NCBI GenBank assembly: GCA_903822075.1
Contig: CAIJNK010000016.1
Span: 1-53,921 of the forward strand
Length of the DNA stretch: 53,921 nucleotides
DNA from: an uncultured bacterium
GTDB taxonomy: Bacteria; Patescibacteriota; Minisyncoccia; Phycocordibacterales; GWA1-40-21
Direction: 5' to 3'
Below, piece after piece: positions 9,628 to 18,431 of the stretch. A program made the translations under genes and the position numbers. Every line of letters begins with the position of its first letter. Position 1 is the stretch's first letter. The notes beneath the pieces were generated by a model that was not told the DNA's origin, searched no databases, and worked only from the letters and a program-made list of their open reading frames with translations.

Positions 9628-10266
9628 ATGAATATGTGTATGTCTCTTGACCAAGGTCACCGGCAGGAGCTCCGGCAGGAACAGCGATTAACGCAAGAAC
9701 AGAGGCAAGAACTCCGAATGGCGGTTCTTGCTCTGCGCCTGGACTTAATCCAGGAAATTCACGGGCGAAAATACGTGATTGATGCCAACTGTCCGCAGTG
9801 TCGCCGGAAATTAACTCCGGTGGAGGTCATTTCAGGCTTTAACCAGAATCCGGACGATTACACCACCAGGTGTCCACGTTGCGCCCATCGTTTTGAGGCG
9901 CAGTTGGAGCACACGAGTGGCGGAATCAGTGAGTTTCTGATGCTCTACTGCCCCACCCAAACCTTGGCGCAACTGCGAGGGAAAGAGGGGTTGACGCCTG
10001 ATGATCTGATCCGCGATAATCCCTCAGCTTTCCACTCGGCAATTACTCACTTCGGGTCAATCAGTAATGCCTTTAAGGAAGCGGGGGTACAGTACCAACA
10101 CGAAGGTCTGTTGGATTGGAGAATAAAGGTGATACCCTTCCTTGGTCACCTCCCCGACAAAGAAATAGCCAACTGCGTCGGAGTTTCAAGTTTCGTGATA
10201 CGGACTTTGCGTAAGAAGCACCATATCGCGAGATTCGATAAACGCCGAGCACTCGAAGCTATCTGA
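9628..10266 (+). CDS. Orphan protein: Q/E/R-rich N-terminal helix, CxxC...CxxC zinc ribbon, C-terminal HTH-like segment
   Basis: CPQC and CPRC; LPDKEIANCVGVSSFVIRTLRKK is HTH-like; strong SD. Confidence 0.75.
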   Translation: MNMCMSLDQGHRQELRQEQRLTQEQRQELRMAVLALRLDLIQEIHGRKYVIDANCPQCRRKLTPVEVISGFNQNPDDYTTRCPRCAHRFEAQLEHTSGGISEFLMLYCPTQTLAQLRGKEGLTPDDLIRDNPSAFHSAITHFGSISNAFKEAGVQYQHEGLLDWRIKVIPFLGHLPDKEIANCVGVSSFVIRTLRKKHHIARFDKRRALEAI

Positions 10267-10279
10267 GATGTGGGAGTTG

Positions 10280-10310
10280 CAGCCGGTCCAAACTTGGACC
10301 GGCTGTTTTT
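10280..10310 (+). terminator. Intrinsic terminator
   Basis: CAGCCGGTCCAA-AC-TTGGACCGGCTG then TTTTT. Confidence 0.85.
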
Positions 10311-10342
10311 ATTTTTATACTTTATTTAAAACAAACGAATAT

Positions 10343-10371
10343 TTGACTTATTACGTCTTGTATGATAGTAT
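10343..10371 (+). promoter_or_regulatory. Promoter TTGACT-17-TAGTAT (extended -10)
   Basis: Direct match upstream of 10408. Confidence 0.6.
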
Positions 10372-10407
10372 TATTACCAGAATCAAACTCGAGAAGGAGA
10401 ATACGGA

Positions 10408-10785
10408 ATGAAGAAAGTACTGTTCATTGGAATACAGAGAATGTTTCTGGAGATTCTGGTTCGGAATATCCAGAAAAGAAGCCGAAAAAAAATAAGCGAG
10501 GTGTTTTTGGCCAATAACCCAAACGAGGCCATCACCATCGCCAAAGGTCATCCGGATATTTCCGTGGTGTTTTTCATGGGATATCTTGCCACAGCAAGAG
10601 CCGGAGAGGAGTTTCAGGCGTGCATCGGGGTGGCCGAAGAGCTCGGCAAAACCCTAAATAAGGGAGTGACAATGATTGCTGCCACCGGAAATAAGGCTAT
10701 CGATGCCGAATTACTCAAGCATCACTGTCAAATAGCCATCGCCGGGGAGCAGATTATCCCTTGGATCACGGAGAATATCTCCTGA
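10408..10785 (+). CDS. Stand-alone receiver-like (pseudo-receiver) protein
   Basis: REC-like pattern (KKVLFI..., ANNPNEAI..., PDISVVFF, MIAATG) without the acidic pocket and phospho-Asp; SD AAGGAG. Confidence 0.6.
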   Translation: MKKVLFIGIQRMFLEILVRNIQKRSRKKISEVFLANNPNEAITIAKGHPDISVVFFMGYLATARAGEEFQACIGVAEELGKTLNKGVTMIAATGNKAIDAELLKHHCQIAIAGEQIIPWITENIS

Positions 10786-10805
10786 TCTGAATCTCTCGAG
10801 CACCC

Positions 10806-10836
10806 AGCCAGCGCCCACCCGGACGCTGGTTTTTTT
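10806..10836 (+). terminator. Intrinsic terminator
   Basis: CCAGCG...CGCTGG then T7. Confidence 0.75.
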
Positions 10837-10840
10837 ATAC

Positions 10841-10891
10841 AGAAAAACCGTTTCGTCTTATCAAAGTTTCCTCTTCTGAAACGAAACGGTT
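10841..10891 (-). terminator. Terminator-like hairpin after pilin gene
   Basis: AACCGTTTCGT / ACGAAACGGTT 11-bp inverted repeat; T-tract on minus strand. Confidence 0.65.
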
Positions 10892-10909
10892 ACACTCGTG
10901 TTTGTGATG

Positions 10910-11362
10910 CTATTCAACGACGCTGGAGTGGCGCTGATAGGTGGTATCACCAACCTGCTCCGTATACCCTCCGCCTTCAATCTCCTTGATTGAGTGAACA
11001 TGAATGGTAGCTATCACCTTTCCCTCTTCGTGGTCAAAAGATACCATTTTTGGACCATCACCGGCATCGTCGCGAACCCGCAATGATTGATAACTGACAG
11101 ACTCGCCGTCTGGTAGTTCCCCGGAGTCATCGGTAAAATTCTTGAATACCAAGTCTTTACCTGAGCGAAAAACCAGAACAAAATTGCCAGCCGTCGTCGC
11201 AAAAACCCTCTCAATCTTCAGGCTCGTCAATTTCGAAATGACTTTCTTATTTGCCATTGTCTGAAAAGACGGGATAGCAATCGCGGCAAGTAAGCCGATA
11301 ATTGCTATCATGATAAAAAGCTCAACCAACGTAAACCCCGACTTCTTGTTCGTCAAGTTCAT
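10910..11362 (-). CDS. Type IV pilin-like protein
   Basis: KKSG/FTLVELFIMIAIIGLLAAIAIP prepilin cleavage and methylation motif; SD AGAGGA; promoter TTGACA-16-TACATT at 11424-11451. Confidence 0.85.
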   Translation of the reverse strand: MNLTNKKSGFTLVELFIMIAIIGLLAAIAIPSFQTMANKKVISKLTSLKIERVFATTAGNFVLVFRSGKDLVFKNFTDDSGELPDGESVSYQSLRVRDDAGDGPKMVSFDHEEGKVIATIHVHSIKEIEGGGYTEQVGDTTYQRHSSVVE

Positions 11363-11492
11363 CAATTATCCTCTCTGTTAAATACCAAGACACAGATGAG
11401 ACCACCCCACCTTTCTGCTTTCTAATGTACACTTTTATAATTATTTGTCAAGTACATGACTTGAATTAGAAAAAAGTGGTATAATCTTCATT

Positions 11493-12053
11493 ATGTTAAA
11501 AGAAACAAAACCAACCATTCAAACTAACACCCAGAACATCACCGGCCTGCATGCCGGCATTTTTGGTGACTTTTCCAATCTACGAGGTGATGTTTCTAAA
11601 ATCACCGGTAACTTGAACATCCATAAAATTACCGGTGATACCTCAAAAATTTCCGGGCAGATAGATGGCGTCTCTGGCGATGTAAGCAACATTAGCGGGG
11701 ATATAACCGATATCATTGGCGATACTTCAAATCTGCGCGGGCTTATCTCCCCGCTCTCAGGTGATATTAGCGGCGTGGTCGGTGATGTCTCAAACATCTC
11801 CGGTGACGTAACCAATATTCACGGAGACGTTAGCCATATCAGCGGGAACACTTCCAATATTATCGGTGATGTCAGTGACCTGTCAGGTGATGTCAGCCAT
11901 CTTAAAGGTAATGTCACCGATCTTCGAGGTTATGTCAGCAATATTTCCGGCCTGGTGACTAATGTCAAAGGCGACGTGACAAATATTTTTGGCGATGTCA
12001 CCGGTCTCGAAGGTGATGCGTCAGATCTGGAAGGTGATGTCCATAATCGATAA
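11493..12053 (+). CDS. Heptapeptide-repeat protein
   Basis: Nearly the whole ORF is G-D-[VIT]-[ST]-x-[IL]-x repeats; TGgTATAAT 7 nt before ATG. Confidence 0.85.
   Translation: MLKETKPTIQTNTQNITGLHAGIFGDFSNLRGDVSKITGNLNIHKITGDTSKISGQIDGVSGDVSNISGDITDIIGDTSNLRGLISPLSGDISGVVGDVSNISGDVTNIHGDVSHISGNTSNIIGDVSDLSGDVSHLKGNVTDLRGYVSNISGLVTNVKGDVTNIFGDVTGLEGDASDLEGDVHNR
11544..12050 (+). repeat. Degenerate 21-nt coding tandem repeat, 23 units plus a partial one
   Basis: GDFSNLR GDVSKIT ... GDVSNIS GDVTNIH GDVSHIS ... GDASDLE; one unit is 9 aa. Confidence 0.9.
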
Positions 12054-12055
12054 AT

Positions 12056-12080
12056 AGAAAAACCCGCACTAGGCGGGTTT
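12056..12080. terminator. Short terminator hairpin between convergent genes, overlapping the 12069 stop codon
   Basis: AAACCCGC-ACTAG-GCGGGTTT. Confidence 0.65.
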
Positions 12081-12494
12081 GGTCACACTACTCTCCACTG
12101 GCGGCGCAGTGGCCTTTTTCATTGCTCGCCGACGCAAGCGGTATTTCGGTCTGGCAAGCTGTGGAATAGCCTCGCCTTTATTGAAATCCTGACTTAGGTT
12201 GGCGACAATCTGCGGAACAAGAACTCTCCAAGAAAACATCTCACCCTTATCCACACTGATGCTGTAGATATCATAGTGGACATCTTTGACTCCGTTCACC
12301 TGCAGGATATGTGCCAGAAACTTCGGCACTCTTTTTTCACCGAAATTTTGCCCAATGATAGTGTCCTTATCAGAATCGTCATCATCTTCCCAGGTAGGCG
12401 ACGAATTAGAATAATCGATCGCACACAGCCGAAAATCAACATGGATTATTATGGAATTCGGGTTGCCTGTCCTCTTAACCTTGTAATGAACCAT
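12069..12494 (-). CDS. Nfu/NifU N-terminal-domain-like orphan protein
   Basis: GNPNSI...LAHILQVNGVKDV...ISVDK...W..LVPQI resembles the Nfu_N pattern; SD AAGGAGG. Confidence 0.6.
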   Translation of the reverse strand: MVHYKVKRTGNPNSIIIHVDFRLCAIDYSNSSPTWEDDDDSDKDTIIGQNFGEKRVPKFLAHILQVNGVKDVHYDIYSISVDKGEMFSWRVLVPQIVANLSQDFNKGEAIPQLARPKYRLRRRAMKKATAPPVESSVTKPA

Positions 12495-12629
12495 ATTGTC
12501 CTCCTTTCCAAAAGCGACTCTCCTTTTATTATGAACTTTGGTAAGAAAAAAGCAAACCCTTTCTTTTATTTAATATTTATGCTTTAATCATACATATCGC
12601 GCTTCGGCGCTTTTTGATTATAAAACAAT

Positions 12630-14414
12630 ATGGAAATACGAAACATTGCAATTATCGCGCACGTGGACCACGGCAAGACTACCTTGACGGATGCTTTGAT
12701 GAAGCAAGCCGGTGTTGGGGAAGAAGGTGTCTCCATGGACAGTAACAAACTCGAACTTGAGCGTGGTATTACCATCTATTCGAAAAATACTTCCATCTAT
12801 TATAAGGATACCAAGATCAACATCGTGGACACCCCGGGTCACGCCGATTTTGGCTCGGAAGTGGAACGAGTTCTCCGTTCAATTGATACAGTATTACTGG
12901 TGGTAGATGCACAGGAAGGCCCAATGCCTCAGACCAGATTTGTGCTGAAAAAATCCTTAGAGCTTGGCTTGAAACCGATCGTGGTTATCAATAAAATCGA
13001 TAAAAGCGCCGCCAAGCCGGAGTGGGCGCATGAGCAGGTGTTGGAGCTTTTTATGGAACTTGGCGCTAACAACGAGCAATTGGACTTCCCCACTATTTAC
13101 GCCGTGGGCCGAAAAGGCGTGGCGATGAAAAATCCAACCGACGAACAAAAAGATTTGACACCTTTACTTGATTTGATTTTGGAAAAAGTGCCACCAGCCG
13201 CCAAAGCTGGCGATGAGACTCTCCCACTGACCGCTCAGATTTTCAATTTAGCTTATGATAATTTTATGGGCCGTTTAGCTATTTGCCGAATTTATAAAGG
13301 AACCATTAAAAAGGGCGAGCGTATTTTTGCCAAAACCCACGAGGGCGCCTCTCGCCCATTCAAAATTACCAAGCTTTTTACTTTTGAAGGATTAAAGAGG
13401 ATGGAGGTGGAAGAAGCCGTAGCCGGTGATATTGTACTTTTTGCCGGATTGGATGATGCCTATATCGGAGAAACAGTTTGCGAAAATGAAGGCCAGGAGA
13501 CTTTGCCGACCATCAATATTGATGAGCCTACCATTTCCTTGAACTTTCTGGTAAACGACAGTCCTTTTGCCGGCCGCGAAGGAAAGTATGTGACCGGACG
13601 ACAGATCCGTGAACGTTTGGAGCGAGAGCTCGAAATAAACGTCGGCCTGAAAATTGAATTCACCCAAGACACAATGAAAGTCTACGGTCGCGGCGAGCTC
13701 CATGTGGCGATCCTTATTGAAAATATGCGCCGTGAAGGTTATGAACTACAAGTATCCCAACCGCAAGCGATTGTAAAAGATATTGATGGTGTCAAAAGCG
13801 AGCCTTATGAAGAAGTAACGATTGATGTGCCGGAAGAAGCTTCCGGGGTGGTGATCGAAAAACTGGGCAAGCGCCGCGGTATTATGCAAGATATGAAAAC
13901 TAAGGACGGCCAAGTCCGGATGATTTTTGAGGTGCCAACTCGCGGACTACTAGGTTTCAAGGGTCAGTTTATTGTGGACACGCGCGGTAATGGAATTCTC
14001 TGCAGCCGCTTTGTGGGCTTCAAACCTTTTGCTGGTGATATTCAGAAGCAAGATTACGGCGCCATGGTCTCCATGATGTCCGGCAAGGCTTTGGCTTTTG
14101 CTTTATGGAACTTGCAAGAAAGAGGGGTACTTTATATCACCCCCGGAACTGAAGTATATGAAGGTATGATCATCGGTAATGTCACTAAAGGTGATGATAT
14201 GGATGTTAATCCGATCAAGGGTAAAAATCTGACCAACGTTCGTAAAACCAGCTCAGATGAAGCCATCTATCTGACACCAAGCATGCCAATCGATATTGAA
14301 AAAGGTTTGGAGATCATGGGTGACGAAGACTATTTGGAAGTCACACCGGAAAGCACCCGACTACGAAAAAAATACTTGACTAAAATTGACCGGTCGAGAG
14401 TGCTGAGACAGTAA
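12630..14414 (+). CDS. typA: Translational GTPase TypA/BipA
   Basis: IAIIAHVDHGKTTL, DTPGHADFGSEVER, NKID, GRGELH, C-terminal EVTP..RLRK. Confidence 0.97.
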   Translation: MEIRNIAIIAHVDHGKTTLTDALMKQAGVGEEGVSMDSNKLELERGITIYSKNTSIYYKDTKINIVDTPGHADFGSEVERVLRSIDTVLLVVDAQEGPMPQTRFVLKKSLELGLKPIVVINKIDKSAAKPEWAHEQVLELFMELGANNEQLDFPTIYAVGRKGVAMKNPTDEQKDLTPLLDLILEKVPPAAKAGDETLPLTAQIFNLAYDNFMGRLAICRIYKGTIKKGERIFAKTHEGASRPFKITKLFTFEGLKRMEVEEAVAGDIVLFAGLDDAYIGETVCENEGQETLPTINIDEPTISLNFLVNDSPFAGREGKYVTGRQIRERLERELEINVGLKIEFTQDTMKVYGRGELHVAILIENMRREGYELQVSQPQAIVKDIDGVKSEPYEEVTIDVPEEASGVVIEKLGKRRGIMQDMKTKDGQVRMIFEVPTRGLLGFKGQFIVDTRGNGILCSRFVGFKPFAGDIQKQDYGAMVSMMSGKALAFALWNLQERGVLYITPGTEVYEGMIIGNVTKGDDMDVNPIKGKNLTNVRKTSSDEAIYLTPSMPIDIEKGLEIMGDEDYLEVTPESTRLRKKYLTKIDRSRVLRQ

Positions 14415-14426
14415 AAAAGATAATAT

Positions 14427-14461
14427 AAAAGAGCGTGTGACCATAAAGGTCCACGCTCTTT
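14427..14461. terminator. Bidirectional terminator between typA and convergent orphan
   Basis: AAAAGAGCGTG...CACGCTCTTT. Confidence 0.75.
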
Positions 14462-14520
14462 GTCCCTAACTAAATGTCAGAAGGAACACCCATCCCCTCT
14501 AACCGATAGTCATGACTTCC

Positions 14521-15159
14521 TCAGCCGGCCGCTCTTAGGGTGGCCTCACCCAGCTCAGGACAATGTACAACAGGGATCACAGTCAGCGGTGGAATTCTCA
14601 TCTGTTCCAACGCCGTCCTCATCTGAATGTTACGATTTTCTTCTTTCTTACTCACCCCCCTTGCATCCCTCGCGCTATCCACTTCAACATAGGGATGTAA
14701 TTTCACCCCATCTTTCGACACGACAAACGTGCCAGTACCAGCCATCGCAAAGGCCGGTATACCCCTAGGGAACATGGCACGCACCGAATCGAAAGAGTTC
14801 AGCATTACGAGCACGCCATCAAAGTAACTGACGGGCGCTGTTCGGAGTGCCTCCTGCTCAGCCGAGATCACGGGTCGGAAATGAATCTGTTTGATGACAT
14901 TGTATGCCACCCCCCAATCCGTATCCGGCACAAACTTCAGAAAGTCGAAGTGAACATGAGCTTGACCACTGACCGGAAGACATTCGGGAGTATGTACAAC
15001 ATCCCAACTGTCAACCGTACGGTCAAAATAGTTAACCATCCCTTTCGGAATAACCCGCTTCGAATAGTCGACCAGTCTTCTTGTCCCCCTTACCATCTCA
15101 AAGATACTGTGCCTTGGAGCATTCGGATCAAACTTTTTAGGAATCTTACAAACCGTCAT
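14521..15159 (-). CDS. Orphan protein, divergent paralog of 48169-48795
   Basis: SD GAGGAG before ATG 15159; promoter TTGCTT-16-TAGCAT at 15256-15283; shares a 27-aa block with 48169-48795. Confidence 0.7.
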   Translation of the reverse strand: MTVCKIPKKFDPNAPRHSIFEMVRGTRRLVDYSKRVIPKGMVNYFDRTVDSWDVVHTPECLPVSGQAHVHFDFLKFVPDTDWGVAYNVIKQIHFRPVISAEQEALRTAPVSYFDGVLVMLNSFDSVRAMFPRGIPAFAMAGTGTFVVSKDGVKLHPYVEVDSARDARGVSKKEENRNIQMRTALEQMRIPPLTVIPVVHCPELGEATLRAAG

Positions 15160-15273
15160 GACGTCACTCCTCACTTTTGTTTCTACTTTCTCTACACATA
15201 CGTACACTTCCAAGTGCACGCAAAATCAAAGACCAAAAAAAATTGTCTGCTGGTTATGCTACCACGATATAAC

Positions 15274-15304
15274 AAAAAAGCAAGCTATTGAAGCCTGCTT
15301 TTTT
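15274..15304 (-). terminator. Terminator of RRM gene; contains the -35 of the downstream orphan promoter
   Basis: AAAAAAGCAAGCT...AGCCTGCTTTTTT. Confidence 0.75.
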
Positions 15305-15323
15305 GCGTAAAACTTTTTGGAGA

Positions 15324-15632
15324 CTAGTATCTTGATGAGCCACCAGAACGGTTGCTATCAAAATTTCTCCTTGGAGGCCTCTCGGAAAGAGGCTTGGCCT
15401 CATTCACGGTCAGCTTGCGTCCTTCAACTTCGGCACCATTCATTTTCTCAATAGCGGCGAGAGCTTCGTCGTCATTGGTCATGGTTACAAAGCCGAAACC
15501 GCGGGAACGGCCGGTCATCTTGTCAGTAATAACGTTTGCGGACTCGACGACTCCCATTGGGGAAAAAGCGTCTTTGAGTGATGCATCAGTGGTATTGTAA
15601 GACAAGTTACCAACATATAATTTCTTTGCCAT
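15324..15632 (-). CDS. RRM-domain RNA-binding protein
   Basis: RNP2 LYVGNL, RNP1 RGFGFVTM, LTVNEAKP, R/G/S-rich tail. Confidence 0.95.
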   Translation of the reverse strand: MAKKLYVGNLSYNTTDASLKDAFSPMGVVESANVITDKMTGRSRGFGFVTMTNDDEALAAIEKMNGAEVEGRKLTVNEAKPLSERPPRRNFDSNRSGGSSRY

Positions 15633-15810
15633 TTGCTTTGAAATATTTTTTATTAAACTTATCGATAGAGCGACCCCCTGCACTGGCTAAGAAACTACTT
15701 AAACCCGCGAGAACATCTACGACAAGGTCGAGTATAGCATAAATAACGAAAAAAGAAAGCACCCCAAATGCGGATAAGACATCTGGAGTGCTGGTAACCG
15801 CATTTTGGCT

Positions 15811-16251
15811 TTAAGAAAAGTAGAAGTGCCTGGCGCAGACCCACAAGGTCCGGAAACTGTAGACGAGACCAAATAGGGCCCCAATCCCGACCATTGGCCA
15901 ACCGGCTTTTGCCAGCGGAGTACCGACATGGTGGGGATTATTTTGGAAAATCAAACCGGCCATTACCAAAATAGAACAGATTGGCAAAAGCAGGAAGATT
16001 TTTGTTTCCGGCGATATAGCAATAAATACATAGGCAAAGATGGCAAGCTGGATCAGTGACACCAGCGCCGCAATAATGATTGGGACGATAAAGAGAACCG
16101 CTATCACCGCAAAGTCAAAGACGTTCTCATTTTTCTTTGCCTTTGGTTGGCAAAAGATGGCCATCAAAATTGCGCCGAGAATGTACCCTGCAAACCCAGC
16201 CCAGCAAACCTTCAAGACCTCATTCAAAAAGCTAGCGAGTTCGAACAACAT
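15811..16251 (-). CDS. Orphan membrane protein (about 4 TM)
   Basis: Hydrophobic helices; SD AAGGAGG; promoter TTGCAA-16-TAGTCT at 16295-16322. Confidence 0.7.
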   Translation of the reverse strand: MLFELASFLNEVLKVCWAGFAGYILGAILMAIFCQPKAKKNENVFDFAVIAVLFIVPIIIAALVSLIQLAIFAYVFIAISPETKIFLLLPICSILVMAGLIFQNNPHHVGTPLAKAGWPMVGIGALFGLVYSFRTLWVCARHFYFS

Positions 16252-16326
16252 ACAGACCTCCTTCTTTTTTTGGGGGAACCACTTTCTAACAAGAAGACTA
16301 CAACAAAACAGGATTTTTGCAAGACA

Positions 16327-17091
16327 TTAAAAGCCCCTGATTTTTGTTCTCTTTATTTTTAAAGCCAGAGCCGGGAAGCCGATTTCGGCACCGACAGCCT
16401 GGGCCAAAGCACGCATATAGGTGCCACTGGTACAAGAAACGGTGACAGTAAGGGTAGGCAGATTCTTGTCCGGAAAATCCTCAAGTGTCTTCTCCCATTT
16501 GGCCCAACACATATTTTGGCGGAAATTACCTTTAACGCTGAAGATGGATTCCAACGCAAAATCCCGCAGATATTTTTTCGATACAAAACCAAAAGACCGA
16601 AAACTTATTTTTTTTATCCTTACTTCTTTCACTGGCAAATCTCCATCCTCAATTCCCTCTTCCTTGCTTATCTCAAACAGAGGTCTTCCCCCGACAGTTT
16701 TTGAAGAAAATCTAGGATATTTTTGTTTGAAAGTTTTCTCAAACTTTTTCAACAATTTTTCAAAATCGGCCCTCTTGTAATTCCCCAATGCGTTAAAGGC
16801 GCCCTCTTTTTTTTCCTCAACCATTCCTAGCAAATCCATGCTATCTGTTCCAAAGCCGAATAGAATAATGAGCTCATATTCCTTATCCAAGCCCAGATAT
16901 TTTTCTTTCTGCTTGCATTCTTCCCCCGTCAGCACCAAAAGCACTCCAGTGGCCAGTGGATCTAGCCGCCCGGCATAGGTCATCTTCTCTCCTTCATACT
17001 CCGGATTCTCCGCTTGAAATCTTCTGATACATTCTAAGGGTGTTTCTCCAGGCTTTTTTTCTAGTTTTAGTACCGCTTGTTTCTGACTCAT
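16327..17091 (-). CDS. truB: tRNA pseudouridine-55 synthase (short form)
   Basis: KKPGETP, YAGRLDPLATGVL (catalytic Asp), KEY, CTSGTYMRAL. Confidence 0.85.
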   Translation of the reverse strand: MSQKQAVLKLEKKPGETPLECIRRFQAENPEYEGEKMTYAGRLDPLATGVLLVLTGEECKQKEKYLGLDKEYELIILFGFGTDSMDLLGMVEEKKEGAFNALGNYKRADFEKLLKKFEKTFKQKYPRFSSKTVGGRPLFEISKEEGIEDGDLPVKEVRIKKISFRSFGFVSKKYLRDFALESIFSVKGNFRQNMCWAKWEKTLEDFPDKNLPTLTVTVSCTSGTYMRALAQAVGAEIGFPALALKIKRTKIRGF

Positions 17092-17113
17092 ATTTTAGAT
17101 ACAATACCTAAGT

Positions 17114-18427
17114 ATGAATAAAATTACAAATAAAACCATCAAATTGAGCACCGAGGCCTACAAAGGCGTACGGGATTTTTACCCGGAAGACATGGCGGTG
17201 CAAAATTACATTTTTAGCATCTTCAAAAAAGTTTGTGAGAGTTATGGTTATAGCGAATATAATGCTTCTGTTTTGGAACCAGCTGACCTTTATCGCGCCA
17301 AGTCTGGGGAAGAAATTGTGAACGACCAAACTTATACTTTTACAGACCGCGGTGACCGCGAAGTAACTTTAAGGCCGGAAATGACTCCGACTGTGGCACG
17401 CATGGTTTCCGCTCGCCGCCAAGAGCTTCCTTTCCCCATACGTTGGTATTCCATTCCAAACCTATTCCGTTACGAGAAACCCCAAAAAGGCCGCCTGCGA
17501 GAACATTGGCAGTTGAACGTGGATTTGTTTGGCGTCAAAGATACTTCAGCCGAAGTAGAAGTCATTTCTCTTGCCTATTCCATCATGAAAGAAATTGGTC
17601 TAAAAGATACGGATTTTCAGATCCGCCTAAACAGCAGAAAGATCATGAATTTCATTCTGCAGGATTTACTGACTTTAGATGAAGAAACCGCTTACAAAAT
17701 TTCTAAACTGATTGATAAAAAAGATAAGCTTAGCTCAGAAGATTTTGATGCTGGCGTCAAAGAATTACTGACTGATAAAAGTGCCGAATTCCTAACCCTG
17801 ATTAACTCTAAGAATTTTGAGGAGTTTATTTCCCGCCTGCCGCAAACTCTGGAGGTATCTACCAAAGTGGATGAAATAAAAAACGTCATGGCCAGCTTAG
17901 AAAAACTGGGAATTACCAATACTATCTTTGATCAGACTTTGATGCGCGGTTTTGATTACTATACCGGTATTGTCTTTGAAGTATATGATAATAATCCCGA
18001 AAATCGTCGGGCGGTCTTTGGCGGTGGCCGGTATGATGATTTGCTCGCGATTTTTGACGGCGAGAAAGTTCCAGCTTTTGGTTTTGGCACCGGTGACGTA
18101 ATTATGAGGGATATTTTGGAAACCTATGACAAACTGCCGGAATATAAATCCAAAACTGCTTTGTATATCTGCACCATGGGTAAGGAATTCCAAGAATACG
18201 CCAATGAACTAGCTCAGAATTTACGTGAAGCCGGCCTAAACGTGGCAATAAATCTGACGGACAAAAAAGTGGGTGAACAAATAAAAAGTGCAGACAAGCA
18301 AAAAATTCCTTACATAATTTGTATTGGGGAGAACGAGATGAAATCAGGAGAATTTAAATTGAAGAATCTAAAATCTGGCGAGGAAAAAACCGTCAAAGAA
18401 ACAGATCTCGCCAATTCGCTGAAATAA
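17114..18427 (+). CDS. hisS: Histidyl-tRNA synthetase
   Basis: KGVRDF, LRPEMTPTVAR, FRYEKPQKGRLREHWQ, RGFDYYTG, GGGRYD. Confidence 0.97.
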   Translation: MNKITNKTIKLSTEAYKGVRDFYPEDMAVQNYIFSIFKKVCESYGYSEYNASVLEPADLYRAKSGEEIVNDQTYTFTDRGDREVTLRPEMTPTVARMVSARRQELPFPIRWYSIPNLFRYEKPQKGRLREHWQLNVDLFGVKDTSAEVEVISLAYSIMKEIGLKDTDFQIRLNSRKIMNFILQDLLTLDEETAYKISKLIDKKDKLSSEDFDAGVKELLTDKSAEFLTLINSKNFEEFISRLPQTLEVSTKVDEIKNVMASLEKLGITNTIFDQTLMRGFDYYTGIVFEVYDNNPENRRAVFGGGRYDDLLAIFDGEKVPAFGFGTGDVIMRDILETYDKLPEYKSKTALYICTMGKEFQEYANELAQNLREAGLNVAINLTDKKVGEQIKSADKQKIPYIICIGENEMKSGEFKLKNLKSGEEKTVKETDLANSLK

Positions 18428-18431
18428 TATC

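Noticed and set aside
11544-12050. 21-nt periodicity as a CRISPR array
   Set aside because: No unique spacers, degenerate at codon third positions, in-frame coding, no cas genes.
12247-12255. Perfect DnaA box TTATCCACA (and TTATCCACT at 51213-51221) as an origin
   Set aside because: Isolated single boxes, one inside a CDS; no cluster or dnaA nearby.
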